Origin: an uncultured Nitrospinota bacterium
Lineage (GTDB): Bacteria; Tectomicrobia; Entotheonellia; J063; CAVPRW01
Direction: 5' to 3'
Assembly (NCBI GenBank): GCA_963707985.1
Contig: CAVPRW010000007.1
Span: forward strand, 1 to 64,000
Length of the DNA: 64,000 bases
Positions 21,541 through 32,706 of the stretch are shown here, in pieces. The translations under genes were made by a program, and so were the position numbers. The notes beneath the pieces are model-generated. The model was not told the origin of the DNA, did not search any database, and saw only the letters and a program-made list of their open reading frames with translations. Each line of letters opens with the position of its first letter. The stretch's first letter is position 1.

Positions 21541-22626
21541 ATGAAATTCGGACTGTTCATGATGCCGTCCCACCCGCCGGAACGGGGATTGTATGAATCC
21601 CACCAGTGGGATCTGGATTACCTGAGCCTAGTCGACGAGTTAGGCTTTGAGGAAGCCTGGATCGGCGAACATTTCACCTCTCCATGGGAACCGATCCCCG
21701 CACCCGACATCATGATCGCCCAAGCCCTCATGCGCACCAAGCGCATCAAGCTCGGCACGGGAGCACACTTGCTGCCATTTCACCATCCGGCGGAATTGGC
21801 CCATCGTGTCGCCTATCTGGACCATTTGGCACAGGGGCGGTTTCTGTTCGGGGTCGGCTCCAGCGGCTTGCCGAGTGACTGGGCGCTATTCAATGTCGAT
21901 GGCAATGCCGGACAACATCGCGACATGACGCGCGAGGCACTGGACATCATCCTGAAGCTGTGGGAGAGCGAGCAACCGTTTCGCTATGAGGGAAAATTCT
22001 GGACGGTCAACTATCCGGACGCCATGTTTGCCGGTCTCAGGGTCCACATCAAACCGTTCCAGAAACCCCATCCCCCCATCGGCATCGCCGCTGCCAGCCC
22101 GCGCTCACCCACGCTGGTGGTTGCAGGTGAACGCGGGTTCATTCCGATGAGTTTGGGACTGAATGCAGCCTATATCGCCAGCCATTGGGACTCGGTCGAA
22201 GAGGGGGCGCAGAAGACCGGCAAGCAGCCCTCGCGGCGCGATTGGCGCGTCGTGCGGGACATCTATGTGGCGGAAACCGACGCCCAGGCCCAAGATGAAG
22301 CCCTCAATGGCATGCTTGGCCGGTTCTGGGGCGAGTATTTTCTGCCGCTGTTTGGAGGCTTTCAGTTACACTCGGTGTTCAAGCACGACCCCAGCATCCC
22401 CGACAGCGAGGTGACGCCAGCCTATCTCATGGAACACCTGTGGTTGGTCGGCTCCCCCACCACAGTCGCCCAGAAAATTGAGCAGCTGTACGAGGTCTCA
22501 GGGGGGTTCGGCACGCTCCTCATGGTGGTCTATGATCACTGCCAGCAGCAAGCGGGCTGGGAACGCTCCACACGTCTCTTAGTCACGGAAGTCTTGCCGA
22601 AAGTGGCGGGTTTAATCCCCGCGTAA
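21541..22626 (+). CDS. LLM class flavin-dependent oxidoreductase
   Basis: MKFGLFMMPSHPP, GFEEAWIGEH, KPFQKPHPPI; RBS GGAGG. Confidence 0.92.
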   Translation: MKFGLFMMPSHPPERGLYESHQWDLDYLSLVDELGFEEAWIGEHFTSPWEPIPAPDIMIAQALMRTKRIKLGTGAHLLPFHHPAELAHRVAYLDHLAQGRFLFGVGSSGLPSDWALFNVDGNAGQHRDMTREALDIILKLWESEQPFRYEGKFWTVNYPDAMFAGLRVHIKPFQKPHPPIGIAAASPRSPTLVVAGERGFIPMSLGLNAAYIASHWDSVEEGAQKTGKQPSRRDWRVVRDIYVAETDAQAQDEALNGMLGRFWGEYFLPLFGGFQLHSVFKHDPSIPDSEVTPAYLMEHLWLVGSPTTVAQKIEQLYEVSGGFGTLLMVVYDHCQQQAGWERSTRLLVTEVLPKVAGLIPA

Positions 22627-22644
22627 CAGCCTCGGCAGCTCGCG

Positions 22645-22914
22645 CTATCGCGCAAACTTGAACAGGGAAAGAGCGGTCTTGCCGAAGATCCACTCTTTGT
22701 CTTCCTCACTACGGAACGCCATGTGTTCCATCGTCCAGTGCAGCGCGTTGCGGTAGCCCTCACGTCCGGCGACCGGTGGGAAATCGCTGCCCCACATGAT
22801 GTGCGAGGCCCCGAAGGCGTCATACGTCATGGCCATGAAGGGTGGAATATTCGGGAAGCGCATGAGGACGGGGAATGGCATCGGGCGATGGCAAATTTCC
22901 CCCAGGCCATGCAC
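22645..22914 (-). pseudogene. Amidohydrolase-2 family C-terminal fragment
   Basis: FGASHIMWGSDFPPV...EWIFGKTALSLF; N-terminal two-thirds absent. Confidence 0.7.
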
Positions 22915-23179
22915 CTTGATGGCCTAGGGATGTACATAGTTGGCTCTGGGACTGACTGCACGACGTCTTCGCAGCGATCTACGCCATCAGCGATCCTGAT
23001 GATGGTACCCGATACTTCTCTTCAAGTCCATCCTGCCACCACCCCTAGCACCGGCTCTCCCCCGGCCCCAGCGGAGCAGTGCGCGTTTGACTTCTTATCT
23101 GAGGCATGGCATAAGGGAATGGATCGACGCGCCGCGGTGTGGCGCCAAGCCACCGAGGTATAAAGCTGGACGGGAGGTC

Positions 23180-24358
23180 ATGATGAAAATCGCTGATGTT
23201 CGCACAATTCCGCTCTCCTATCGCTGTGAAAAGCCCTACATGAGTGCAGCGGGGGCGCAGGCCGCCCGTAGCAGCCTGCTGGTGGAGGTTGAGGCCGATA
23301 ACGGCCTTATCGGCATCGGCGAGGCTGGGTCTGCCGGTGGTCCGCTGGCCAGCACTCAGGTGGTCGTCGAGCAGGAGCTCAAGCCCCTGCTCCTGGGAGA
23401 GGACCCTCTCCTCATCGAGCGTCTTTGGCAAAAAATGTTCCAGCGTACTCGCCAACACGGGCGTCGTGGCATCATCATGCACGCCATCAGCGGCCTCGAC
23501 ATCGCGCTTTGGGACCTCGCCGGGAAAGTGGCTAAACTGCCGGTATACCGTATGCTAGGCGCCTATCGCGACAGCGTCGAAGCCTACGCCAGCGGCGGAT
23601 TTTATCAGGAGGGCAAAGGGGTCTCGGCTATCGCCGAAGAAGCGGCCAGCTATGTTGCCCAGGGCTATCGCGCCATGAAGATGAAGGTGGGACGGAACCC
23701 TTCAACGCAAACGAATCTGCGCGAAATGCTGGCGCAGAACGAACTCTGCGTGGTCAGCCTGGAGGAAGATCTGGCACGTGTGGAGGCCGTGCGCAAGGCA
23801 TTAGGCCGCGACGCCAAGCTGATGATCGATATCAACTGTGCCTGGAGCCCAGCGCTGGCGACCCAAATGGGCAAGGCTCTGGAGCCGTATGCCCTCTATT
23901 GGATTGAGGAACCGGTGGCCACCGATGATATCAGAGGCAGCGCTGAGGTGGCACGCGCATTGGGCACCGCCATTGCTGGCTATGAGACCGAGGTCGGACT
24001 TTATGGCTTCCGCGAGCTCATTACCCAGCGCGCCGTCGATATCATCCAGCCCGATATTGCTTGGGCTGGCGGCTTCACCGAGTGCCGTCGGATCGCCGCC
24101 TTGGCCCACGCCTATAATATGATGCTGGCACCGCATGCCTTCTCCTCAGCCATTACCCTGGTCGCTGCCATGCATCTGCTGGCCTCGATCCCCAACGGCC
24201 TCATCCTGGAGTTCGATCAAAACCCCAATGCCCTGCGACAGGAGCTGCTCAAAGAGCCCATCACCACGGATGGCCAGGGGTGGGTCAAACTGCCCGATCG
24301 ACCCGGGCTAGGAGTCGAGCTCGATCCCGCCACCGTGGAGAAGTATCGCCTGCGCTGA
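23180..24358 (+). CDS. Mandelate racemase/muconate lactonizing enzyme (enolase superfamily)
   Basis: ISGLDIALWDL, KMKVG, LMIDIN, WIEEP, IIQPD, PGLGVELD. Confidence 0.92.
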   Translation: MMKIADVRTIPLSYRCEKPYMSAAGAQAARSSLLVEVEADNGLIGIGEAGSAGGPLASTQVVVEQELKPLLLGEDPLLIERLWQKMFQRTRQHGRRGIIMHAISGLDIALWDLAGKVAKLPVYRMLGAYRDSVEAYASGGFYQEGKGVSAIAEEAASYVAQGYRAMKMKVGRNPSTQTNLREMLAQNELCVVSLEEDLARVEAVRKALGRDAKLMIDINCAWSPALATQMGKALEPYALYWIEEPVATDDIRGSAEVARALGTAIAGYETEVGLYGFRELITQRAVDIIQPDIAWAGGFTECRRIAALAHAYNMMLAPHAFSSAITLVAAMHLLASIPNGLILEFDQNPNALRQELLKEPITTDGQGWVKLPDRPGLGVELDPATVEKYRLR

Positions 24359-24457
24359 GGACCGTCGTGCTGAGTGATCAGTGCTGAGGACTGAGGATGT
24401 TCTCATGCATGACTCGGTGCTCATGACCCGGCTTCGGAGACCTACCCCAGGAGAGCG

Positions 24458-25582
24458 ATGATGCAACCGATCTATTTCGACTATAACGCTACCACGCCAG
24501 TGGATCACGCCGTGGCCGAGGCGATGCAACCTTATATCAGCCTGCACTACGGCAATCCATCGAGCGCCCACGTGTATGGCCGGGCTACCAGGGACGCAGT
24601 GGATCGGGCTCGCCGGCAAGTGGCCGATCTGTTAGGTTGCACCGCAGAGGAAATCATTTTCACCGGAGGCGGGAGCGAATCCAACAACACCGTCCTCAAG
24701 GGCGTGGCGTACACCTACCGCCACCGCGGGAATCACCTCATCACCTCCGCCGTCGAGCACCCGGCGATTATCAATCCCTGCCGTTTTCTCGAACAGCAAG
24801 GTGTGCGAGTGACGTATGTCCCGGTAGATCGCACCGGCATGGTCGATCCCGCCGATGTCCGCCGAGCCATCACGCCACAGACCATTCTCATCAGCATTAT
24901 GCACGCCAATAACGAGGTCGGGACTCTGCAGCCCATCACGGAGATCAGCCGCATTGCGCGGGAGCACGGGGTGTTGATGCACACCGACGCGGCGCAATCG
25001 GTTGGGAAGATTCCGACCCTGGTAGACGAGTTGGGGGTCGATTTTCTCTCGATCGCTGGCCATAAGGTCTATGCACCCAAGGGGATCGGAGCATTGTATA
25101 TCCGCTCTGACGTGACTCTGGAACCCCTCATCCATGGCGCAGGACATGAGTTTGGCCGTCGTGCCGGTACCGAAAATGTTATCTTCGATGTCGCCCTCGG
25201 CAAGGCCTGCGAGGTGGCCCAAGCCGACCTTCCCCGGTACCAGCGTGAGATTCGTCAGCTACGCGATCTCTTACAGGCAGAGCTGTTCAAACGCTGCGGC
25301 GATCGAGTGGTGGTGAACGGCCATCTTGAGCAGCGGCTTCCCAACACTCTACATGTCAACTTCCGCGGGGTGATCGGTGCGGAATTGTTAGAAAAACTCC
25401 CCGAGCTGGCCGCCTCAACCGGGTCAGCCTGCCATGCCGGCGAGGTCACCTTGTCGTCGGTGCTCGAGGCCATGCAGGTCCCGCCGGAATTGGGTATGGG
25501 CGCGGTACGCTTCAGCCTGGGGCGATACACCACACGGGAGGAGATTGAGCGAGCCGTGGAGTTGATCGAGCACGCCTATTGA
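24458..25582 (+). CDS. Cysteine desulfurase (IscS/NifS family)
   Basis: YFDYNATTP, EHPA, NNEVG, HTDAAQ, GHKVYAPKG, STGSAC. Confidence 0.92.
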   Translation: MMQPIYFDYNATTPVDHAVAEAMQPYISLHYGNPSSAHVYGRATRDAVDRARRQVADLLGCTAEEIIFTGGGSESNNTVLKGVAYTYRHRGNHLITSAVEHPAIINPCRFLEQQGVRVTYVPVDRTGMVDPADVRRAITPQTILISIMHANNEVGTLQPITEISRIAREHGVLMHTDAAQSVGKIPTLVDELGVDFLSIAGHKVYAPKGIGALYIRSDVTLEPLIHGAGHEFGRRAGTENVIFDVALGKACEVAQADLPRYQREIRQLRDLLQAELFKRCGDRVVVNGHLEQRLPNTLHVNFRGVIGAELLEKLPELAASTGSACHAGEVTLSSVLEAMQVPPELGMGAVRFSLGRYTTREEIERAVELIEHAY

Positions 25583-25660
25583 GCCATCAATGCGCTACCG
25601 GCCCCATCGGCCTCCCCTGTCGAGGCAGATCAGCCTAGAGTCATGGGATGTGTCAATGAT

Positions 25661-27274
25661 CTACAAAGACGCTAGGTCTTTCGCCTCCAACACCTGTCGC
25701 AGGCTCATTTCGATGTCTGCGACACTGAACGGTTTTCTTACGAGAGGACACCCCACCCGATCGAGGAACGCAGCCATCTCATTGCTGAGCAGTTTACCGG
25801 AGATGAAGATCACCCGCTGTGCCAACTCTGGCCGCAGCTCTCGGAGCTCTTGATAGAAATACAAGCCATCCATGCCCGGCAGGTGCATGTCGGTGATAAC
25901 CATGTCATAGCTGCGATCGGTGATTTTCTGCAATGCCTCTTGAGCTGAGGAGACGCCATCCGCATCATGTCCGAGATGGTGTAGGACCTCATACAAGAGA
26001 ACGAGGTTTTCCTCGTCAGCATCCACCACCAGCACGCATTGACGCCCAACCATTTCCAACTCGCCCGAAAGCAGCCTCGCTGTCGAAGGCATAGCCTTAT
26101 GGATCGGGAAATCGACGATATAGGTAACTTCCTCTCCTGGAATGCTATGCACCGCCACCTTCCCTCCCTGCTTTTTGATCATCCCATAGGCGAGGCTGAG
26201 GCCGAGTCTGCCAGCACTCTCCCTGAGGCTCAAGAATGGGTCGCAAAGCCCTCCGTAATGACCTCTTCCGACCCCAAGTTCACCCACTTGAAAGACCACT
26301 TCGATGACGCCATCTCCCCACTTGGTCTCTACCGTGAGGCGGCCTTCGCCGCCATTGCTGGTAATGGTCCGGCAGCCATTGAGGGCAATGTGGGTGAAGG
26401 CCTGCATCAGCTGGTGAGGATCCGCCATAATCGAGGGGAGGCTAGCATCGAGTCGGCGCTCGACGACGATGCGGCGAAGATCAGCCTGATGGGGCAATCC
26501 CACAAGCATATCTTCACACACCGCGCTCAAACGCGTCTGCATTTTCTTGGATGCTGCATCCCAGGGAAAGTTGACAAGGGTTCGGACGATCTCATGGCAG
26601 CGAAACGCCACTTCGCCGATCTGCTCTAGTGGTGGTTTCATATCGCCCTCAGCTGGCGCAATTTTGGCCAACACCTGCGCGAAACCCATGATCATCGCCA
26701 GAGAATCACCGAGATCAGGGGTAACGCTCGCCGTCACCTCCCCCAGGACACAGAATCGTTCCATCTGGACTAACCGTTCTTGTATGGCCTTAAGCTCCTT
26801 ATTGGATTGTTCCAGGTTGATATTCGCCTCGGCGAGGTTGTGCATACACTCGTTCACTTGACGTTCCAACTCAGCCATATAGTGGTGGAAAGCTTTCTGC
26901 ATGCGCGTCCTCTCCAGTGCCCGTTTGATGACGGTCTGCATGAGGTCGACATCGAAGGGCTTGGCGAGGTAGTCGTAGGCCCCGCGGCGTAGGGCCTCGA
27001 TCGCTGACTCAGTAGAGACATAGGCGGTCATGGCTACCACGACCACGTCCGGGATATGGTCATGCAGGTATTCCATAACCTGGAAGCCATCGACATCAGG
27101 CATGACCACATCGGTAATCACCAGATCAAAGGGCTCTTCCTGGAGCTTGCTAATCCCTTGGGCTCCGTCCTCGGCACTGACCACACGGTACCCTTCGCCC
27201 TGCAACAAGACTCCCAGGTTGTGGCGCAAATTTGCTTCATCCTCAATGAGCAGAATCGAGGGTTGTTGAGGCAT
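25661..27274 (-). CDS. REC - degenerate HisKA/HATPase - REC protein
   Basis: Two intact receiver domains (DLVITDVVMP, DMVITDMHLP) flanking a kinase-like core with eroded motifs. Confidence 0.85.
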   Translation of the reverse strand: MPQQPSILLIEDEANLRHNLGVLLQGEGYRVVSAEDGAQGISKLQEEPFDLVITDVVMPDVDGFQVMEYLHDHIPDVVVVAMTAYVSTESAIEALRRGAYDYLAKPFDVDLMQTVIKRALERTRMQKAFHHYMAELERQVNECMHNLAEANINLEQSNKELKAIQERLVQMERFCVLGEVTASVTPDLGDSLAMIMGFAQVLAKIAPAEGDMKPPLEQIGEVAFRCHEIVRTLVNFPWDAASKKMQTRLSAVCEDMLVGLPHQADLRRIVVERRLDASLPSIMADPHQLMQAFTHIALNGCRTITSNGGEGRLTVETKWGDGVIEVVFQVGELGVGRGHYGGLCDPFLSLRESAGRLGLSLAYGMIKKQGGKVAVHSIPGEEVTYIVDFPIHKAMPSTARLLSGELEMVGRQCVLVVDADEENLVLLYEVLHHLGHDADGVSSAQEALQKITDRSYDMVITDMHLPGMDGLYFYQELRELRPELAQRVIFISGKLLSNEMAAFLDRVGCPLVRKPFSVADIEMSLRQVLEAKDLASL

Positions 27275-28893
27275 CGTTCGTCCTCCGCTCGACCACCTGC
27301 ACAACAGGCAGACACACCCGAAATATGCTCCCTTTGCCCACTTCACTGTTCACTTCAATGCGTCCACTGGCCGCGGTGATGATACCATACGAAACAGACA
27401 ACCCCAGGCCTACCCCCCTCCCGTGTCGCTTCGTGGTGAAAAAGGGATCGAAGATATGCTCGAGATGCTCTGTCGCGATTCCATACCCAGTGTCGGCAAT
27501 GCGCAATTCGACGAATCGTCCTTGTTGCAACGTGCGAATGATCAGTTTGCCGCCCTGGGGCATCGCATCTTCGGCGTTGCGCACTAGATTGAGAACCACC
27601 TGCTTCGACTGATCAGAGGAGATGAGAACCAGCGGCAACTCCGGTTCGAGGATAATATTGAGAGCGATCTTTTTTTCGCGGCAATCGTGTTCCAGCACTG
27701 GTTCGAGACTCTGGATGATGGCATTGAGCTGGACCCATTCCTGAACCGGTGTAGCAGGACGGGAAAATTCCAGGAGCTCTTGAATAATACGAGTGATGCG
27801 GCTGATCTCGTCTTCGATCATCTGTAGACTGCCGGTGGTCGGGTTGTCTGGCGGGCGTTGATTTCTGATGATACGCACGGCGGTCTTAATGATGGCCAAG
27901 GGATTATTGACTTCATGAGCCACCCGTGCCGCGACTTTGCCGATGGCCGCCATACGTTCGCTCTGAATGAGTTGCTGTTGCGCTTCTCGCAGTTGGCGAT
28001 TGGACTCCTCAAGCTGCCGTTTCTCCTTGGCCTCGCTTTCCAAGTGGCGCAGCAGCGCGATGCGCATGTGCTCAAAGGCGCGTGCGAGATAGCCGATCTC
28101 ATCATGGGCATCGACTTGTACCGGACGATCATACGAGCCTTTCGCCAGTTCCTGGGCCGCAGCCACCAGATACCCAACTGGCCGCGAAATCCGCGTGGCG
28201 AGGAGGATGGCCAGTAAGGTGCCACAGGCGATCGCCCCCAGGCTTAGCCAGAGAAGATCCCGCCTCGTTTCATGAATCACTCTATAGGCACGCTTCAAGG
28301 AAAACCCGAGACGGATCGTGCCCCATTTCTTCGCACTGCCATGGACAATTACCGGAATAGCCACATCGTAGCCCGGCTCTTTGGTCTCTGGGATGATGAT
28401 TTCCTGCACGAGGGGTGTGATGGCCTGGAGGGCTCGTCGGCTGGTCGGATCGTTCAGTGTCGTCCCCTGTAGATCATCCCGCCCGCTGTATGCGGCGACG
28501 ACTCCATCATGCAGGTGGGCCACGGTGTATACGACATCCGCATCATGGGCTGTCAGCTGTTCCGCGGCCTGTTCCAATCTTGGCGAAGTTATAGCCGATG
28601 AAGTAGCGCTCACTGAGCGTCGCCAAGCTCTGCCCCAAGGAGAGAGCCCGCAACCTCGTGTGCTCCATGATGGCCTCGCGCTGGTTCCGATCCATGACGA
28701 TGGCAACAGTGCTCATGAGGCTGATCTGTAGAGAGACGATGACGATGATGAATTTAGCTCGAAGACTGCCGCGACTGATCTGGAAGACGCGCCAAGGCTG
28801 TGTGAGCAGAGAGAGGACACGACCGCTCGGGTGGCTTTCGGTAAGAGCCCGAGGGATTTCCGCTGGAGGAGGCTTAGCGACTCGGCTGGTCAT
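27243..28893 (-). CDS. HAMP-domain sensor histidine kinase (frameshift near 28570)
   Basis: AHEVNNPL H-box, NLVRNAEDA, DTGYG, FDPFFTTK, GLGLS; TM1 lies in ORF 28543..28893. Confidence 0.88.
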
Positions 28894-30576
28894 CGGGTCG
28901 AGGCCCCCATTGAGCCCTCTGTGACGGTTTTTCTTGAACCAGATCTTCTTCAGCGGGATCGCCCGGATGCCCCAGGAGGCTGATCTCTACCCCCTGCACG
29001 TAGGGCTGATATAGGTATTCAAAGACATGAGTAGTTCTGGGCAATCCATGGGGCATCGTCCATGACGATGCGCTCCACCTCACGGTATAGCGCGATCCGC
29101 TGCGCATCATCGACTTCCCTCCTGGCCTGCTCCAGCAACTGATCCACCAGGGGATTGCGGTAGAACGTGTAATTGGTCGGACTCGCGGAGTGGAGCATCG
29201 GAGCGAGAAAGTTATCCGGGTCGGGGATATCCGCAAACCGTACCAGGCGGAACATGGGGAGTTTCCCCTGCTCCATCATCGCTTTGTAGGCTGGCCAGTC
29301 GGGAGCGAAGTGAATTTCCACCTGCACCCCCAAATCGGCCAGATACTTTGATAGGCGGCCAGCTCTGCCTTGGTGGTTTCAGCCTGGTGGATCGACCAGA
29401 GCTGCACCACCGGGAACCCGGCCCCGTCCGGATACCCCGCTTCGGCCAGGAGCCGCTTGGCCTTGTCGGGATTATAGTAGTACCCCTGGAGGTCGGGATC
29501 ATACCCAGGCATCCCCGGGGGCAGGACCCCGGTGGCTGTGAGACTGCCCCATTTTGGTGATCTCCCGGACAATCGCCTCTTTGTTCACGGCATAGTTGAA
29601 CGCCTGGCGCACGCGCCTATCGTCAAAGGGTTTGAGCTGCGTGTTAAACCCGATGTAGAGGAGGCTGAGCGTCGGTTTGCGGAATCGCTGATACTGCCGG
29701 TACTGCGGATCGGTGCGGACCTCCTCCGTTTTTCCGCTGGGGATAATGGTCTCTTCCAGGTTTCCCTTGCAGGAACTCGGCAAACGTCTCCTCCAACTTG
29801 CCGCCCACGACAATCTTGAACACGACGGCGTCCAGAAACGGGCCGGCCCTCGTAGTAGTGGTCGTTGGCCTCCAGCACGATCTCCTGGTTCGGCTCCCAC
29901 CGCACAAATTTGAACGGTCCGGTGCCCACCGGAGCACGTCCGAAGCGACTCTCCTAGCCTTTCCACCTCTTCCTGTGGGACCACTGCAGCATGTGGTCAG
30001 CCCAAGGACGGTCAAGAGAGAGGCCAATGGCTCTTCCAGAACCATCTGGAAGGTATAGCGATCGACCGCTTTCAGCCCCTTGACACTTGGCGTTTTCCCC
30101 TGCATGAACTCCTTGGCCCCTTGAATATGGTCGGAAGAGATTCGGTCACAGGCCCAGGGCTTTTGAGACGTCGAGGAGACGGGTGAAGGAGTAGACAAAA
30201 TCCTGTGCCGTCACCTCTCGACCATGATGAAACTTGACCCCTCGGCGCAAGGTAAAGGTCCAGGTGCGTCCATCCCGAGAAGCTTCCCAAAACTCGGCAA
30301 TGGCGGGAATGGCACTTGAGGTGGGCATCAAACTGGACCAATCCGTCGAAGATCTGGCGGACGACGGTGCCGCCATAGATATCAGTCACAAAGGCAGGGT
30401 CCAGCGTGGGGGGAGTGTCAGCCCAGCATGCGGCGGAACGTCCCCCCGAACTTGACCCCAGGCATTTCCAGCTCTGGCCTCCCCAGCGGTTCCGCCGATC
30501 CAAAAGCGCCGTGTATGAGTAGATAGCAGCAGACCCAGAGGGAGACCAGAAGGATCGAGCGAGCCAGTTTCGACAT
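28890..30576 (-). CDS. Family-5 (peptide/nickel-type) solute-binding protein, broken by many frameshifts
   Basis: Signal peptide MSKLARSILLV...; fragments PTLDPA, TWTFTLRRGVKFHHG, GTGPFKF, PFDDRRVRQAFNYAVN, AKRLLAEAGYPDG in successive frames. Confidence 0.8.
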
Positions 30577-30612
30577 CTGCCTTTCCTCCGCTGCTCCTCA
30601 ATGGATTATCAT

Positions 30613-32052
30613 CTATGGGAGCAAGTCTTCTATCATTTTCCCGACATCGATTCGTCCCGCTCCCTGCTGATCCGCCGGATATGGTAGACCTGTTGAAGGA
30701 TCAGTGAGTTTCACGGCAGTTTTCTTCAGAAGATCCTGCACCTGCGCGAAGGGATACCCCGGTTGGAACTGTAAGACCAGTGCGACGGCCCCAGTGACAT
30801 GGGCGGCCGCATGACTGGTCCCGTGTCCCTGTCCATAGATGAGGATGCCTGTGTTGGTGAGTGCGGCAATATTGGTGGAGAGGATCTGGCCATCATCCGT
30901 TTCGCCGTCCTCCTGCAGTCCGCCGGGGGCCACCACCTCTAGCGCCGGTCCTGGCAGGCTATAGGCGGGGATCTGGTCATGGATGTCGCTAGCTCCCACG
31001 GCCAGGACCCCTTGGTAGGCCGCAGGGTATGTTACGTCGGTCAGCGGGGCCGGGCAGGTTACGGCCGGCCCTCCCCCCAGACAGTCCCCGTCTCCACCGC
31101 CATCCTCCGTTATGGGGGCTGCGGCGCAGCGGTTGCCGGCAGAGGCTACCATGATCACGCCGCTGTCCTTAAGAGATTTGATGGCTTGTCGTAGGGGGTT
31201 ACTATCCTTCGCGAAACCGAAGCTCATGTTGACCAGCCTGATCTGATCGGTCACAGGCTTGTTCTGATTATGATCATAGACCCATCGCAGGCCGTTGATG
31301 ACGTCTGAGACATAGCCATGTCCGGTCGAGTCGAGCACTTTCACCGCCGCTAATGTGGCCTTCGGAGCCACACCCACAATCCCCGGCAAGACCGGCAAGA
31401 GGCTATTCAAGTTCGCCGCGATAATCCCCGCCATGTGCGTCCCATGGCCGTGGTTGTCTCGATAATCCCAGGAGGGCTGTCCGGCAAGCGCGTTGTATCC
31501 CATGGCAACTCTCGGGGTAAGCGGGTCAAACTCGAGATGGAGCGGATCAATCCCCGTATCCAGGACGGCCACCGTCACCCCTGATCCCTGCCACTCGGGA
31601 TGGACCGCTGGGACGTTGATCTGTCTCTGTCCCCAGGAGTAGCTCTCTGGGATGGATGGCGGCGCCGGGGAGGGACAGATGGGGTCGACCAAGGTCAACA
31701 GGTCATCGACGACCTCCAGCACGTATAGATTGCTTAAAAGGTCGGTTAAAGCCCCAACAAGACTATCAGTGGGAAGCTCGACGGCCAATGCGTTGATGAA
31801 TGAGAGCTGATGCAGCACAACACCCCTACTCACGGTTACCGCGTCGATTGCTTTCCTCATGCCGTCCTCTGTCTTTAGGTTAATGCAGCTGCCCAGCAAG
31901 CACTGTAGACTGCTCGTAAGGGGGCGAAACCTGACGATCTTCCTTGGATTATTCGCATTTATGCCGAAGGCGCGGCCCCATAGCAAAGTGACCAGTAGAG
32001 TGATTGCCACTAGGACGCACGCAACCATTCTGACTCGACTTATGTGTGTCAT
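30613..32052 (-). CDS. Secreted S8 subtilisin-like serine peptidase
   Basis: Triad motifs VLDTG, HGHGTHMAG, GTSHAAAHV; RBS GGAGGTG before ATG 32052. Confidence 0.92.
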   Translation of the reverse strand: MTHISRVRMVACVLVAITLLVTLLWGRAFGINANNPRKIVRFRPLTSSLQCLLGSCINLKTEDGMRKAIDAVTVSRGVVLHQLSFINALAVELPTDSLVGALTDLLSNLYVLEVVDDLLTLVDPICPSPAPPSIPESYSWGQRQINVPAVHPEWQGSGVTVAVLDTGIDPLHLEFDPLTPRVAMGYNALAGQPSWDYRDNHGHGTHMAGIIAANLNSLLPVLPGIVGVAPKATLAAVKVLDSTGHGYVSDVINGLRWVYDHNQNKPVTDQIRLVNMSFGFAKDSNPLRQAIKSLKDSGVIMVASAGNRCAAAPITEDGGGDGDCLGGGPAVTCPAPLTDVTYPAAYQGVLAVGASDIHDQIPAYSLPGPALEVVAPGGLQEDGETDDGQILSTNIAALTNTGILIYGQGHGTSHAAAHVTGAVALVLQFQPGYPFAQVQDLLKKTAVKLTDPSTGLPYPADQQGAGRIDVGKMIEDLLP

Positions 32053-32706
32053 AGCGCTCACCTCCCTTTGCACTGATTGTCGTGAGCTGGACATGAATCG
32101 ACTCAGACGCTCTGCCCAGGAGACACTAAGACCATCCAAGAAACCTCCCTCCTCTACTAGTGGCGCGATCTCCTCGGCCTGCCTTTCATTGCTCGGGTCC
32201 CCACGGGTCTGCGGATGTAAAATTCCTTCAGATGAATGGTCACCACCGATCTCGATCTTTTTATGTATAACAACCATAGAATGGAATTTAATATGTCATA
32301 AATCCTGAAAAACATAAAAATCATAATGATTCTCTATGCATGTAGATCTATCACTGCCAAAGTACTTCGCTTTTGTCCAGAAAAATCGCTTTCCCCTTTA
32401 AGCCTGCCTACTTTCAGGGGTGAGTGCTTGACCACAGGCATGGTCAATTGCTAGCGTCTCTCTGAGAGAGGGGCAGAATAAAGAGAGCGCCAGTGCCTAT
32501 TATGACGCTCGACCTCGAGCAATACGGGTAGATCGGCGCGGATTCTGGGGCAAATCGGAAGGCGCGACACAGCGCTCAGTTGGTGGGGATTTACCCTATG
32601 CTTCGCGGGGCTGGCTAACTTGGGGCTGAGTGATGCAGCGTGCACGACCGCAGGCCCTATGCTTGAGCTAGGCTGACTGGCAGAGGGAAAGAGCAGATGC
32701 CCTGAT

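Noticed and set aside
24360..24430. gtgctgag short repeats between the enolase-family gene and the desulfurase
   Set aside because: Too short and degenerate to call a terminator or repeat family from this window
16271..25582. MFS, HAD, LLM oxidoreductase and desulfurase as PKS tailoring genes
   Set aside because: No operon linkage or pathway-specific signature; they look like ordinary chromosomal neighbours, although the MFS cannot be excluded as an exporter
28874..28960. Apparent in-frame fusion of the SBP C-terminus to the histidine kinase
   Set aside because: Removing one A from the A-run gives KKTVTEGSMGASTR* with an ATGA overlap, a more natural arrangement in an indel-rich segment
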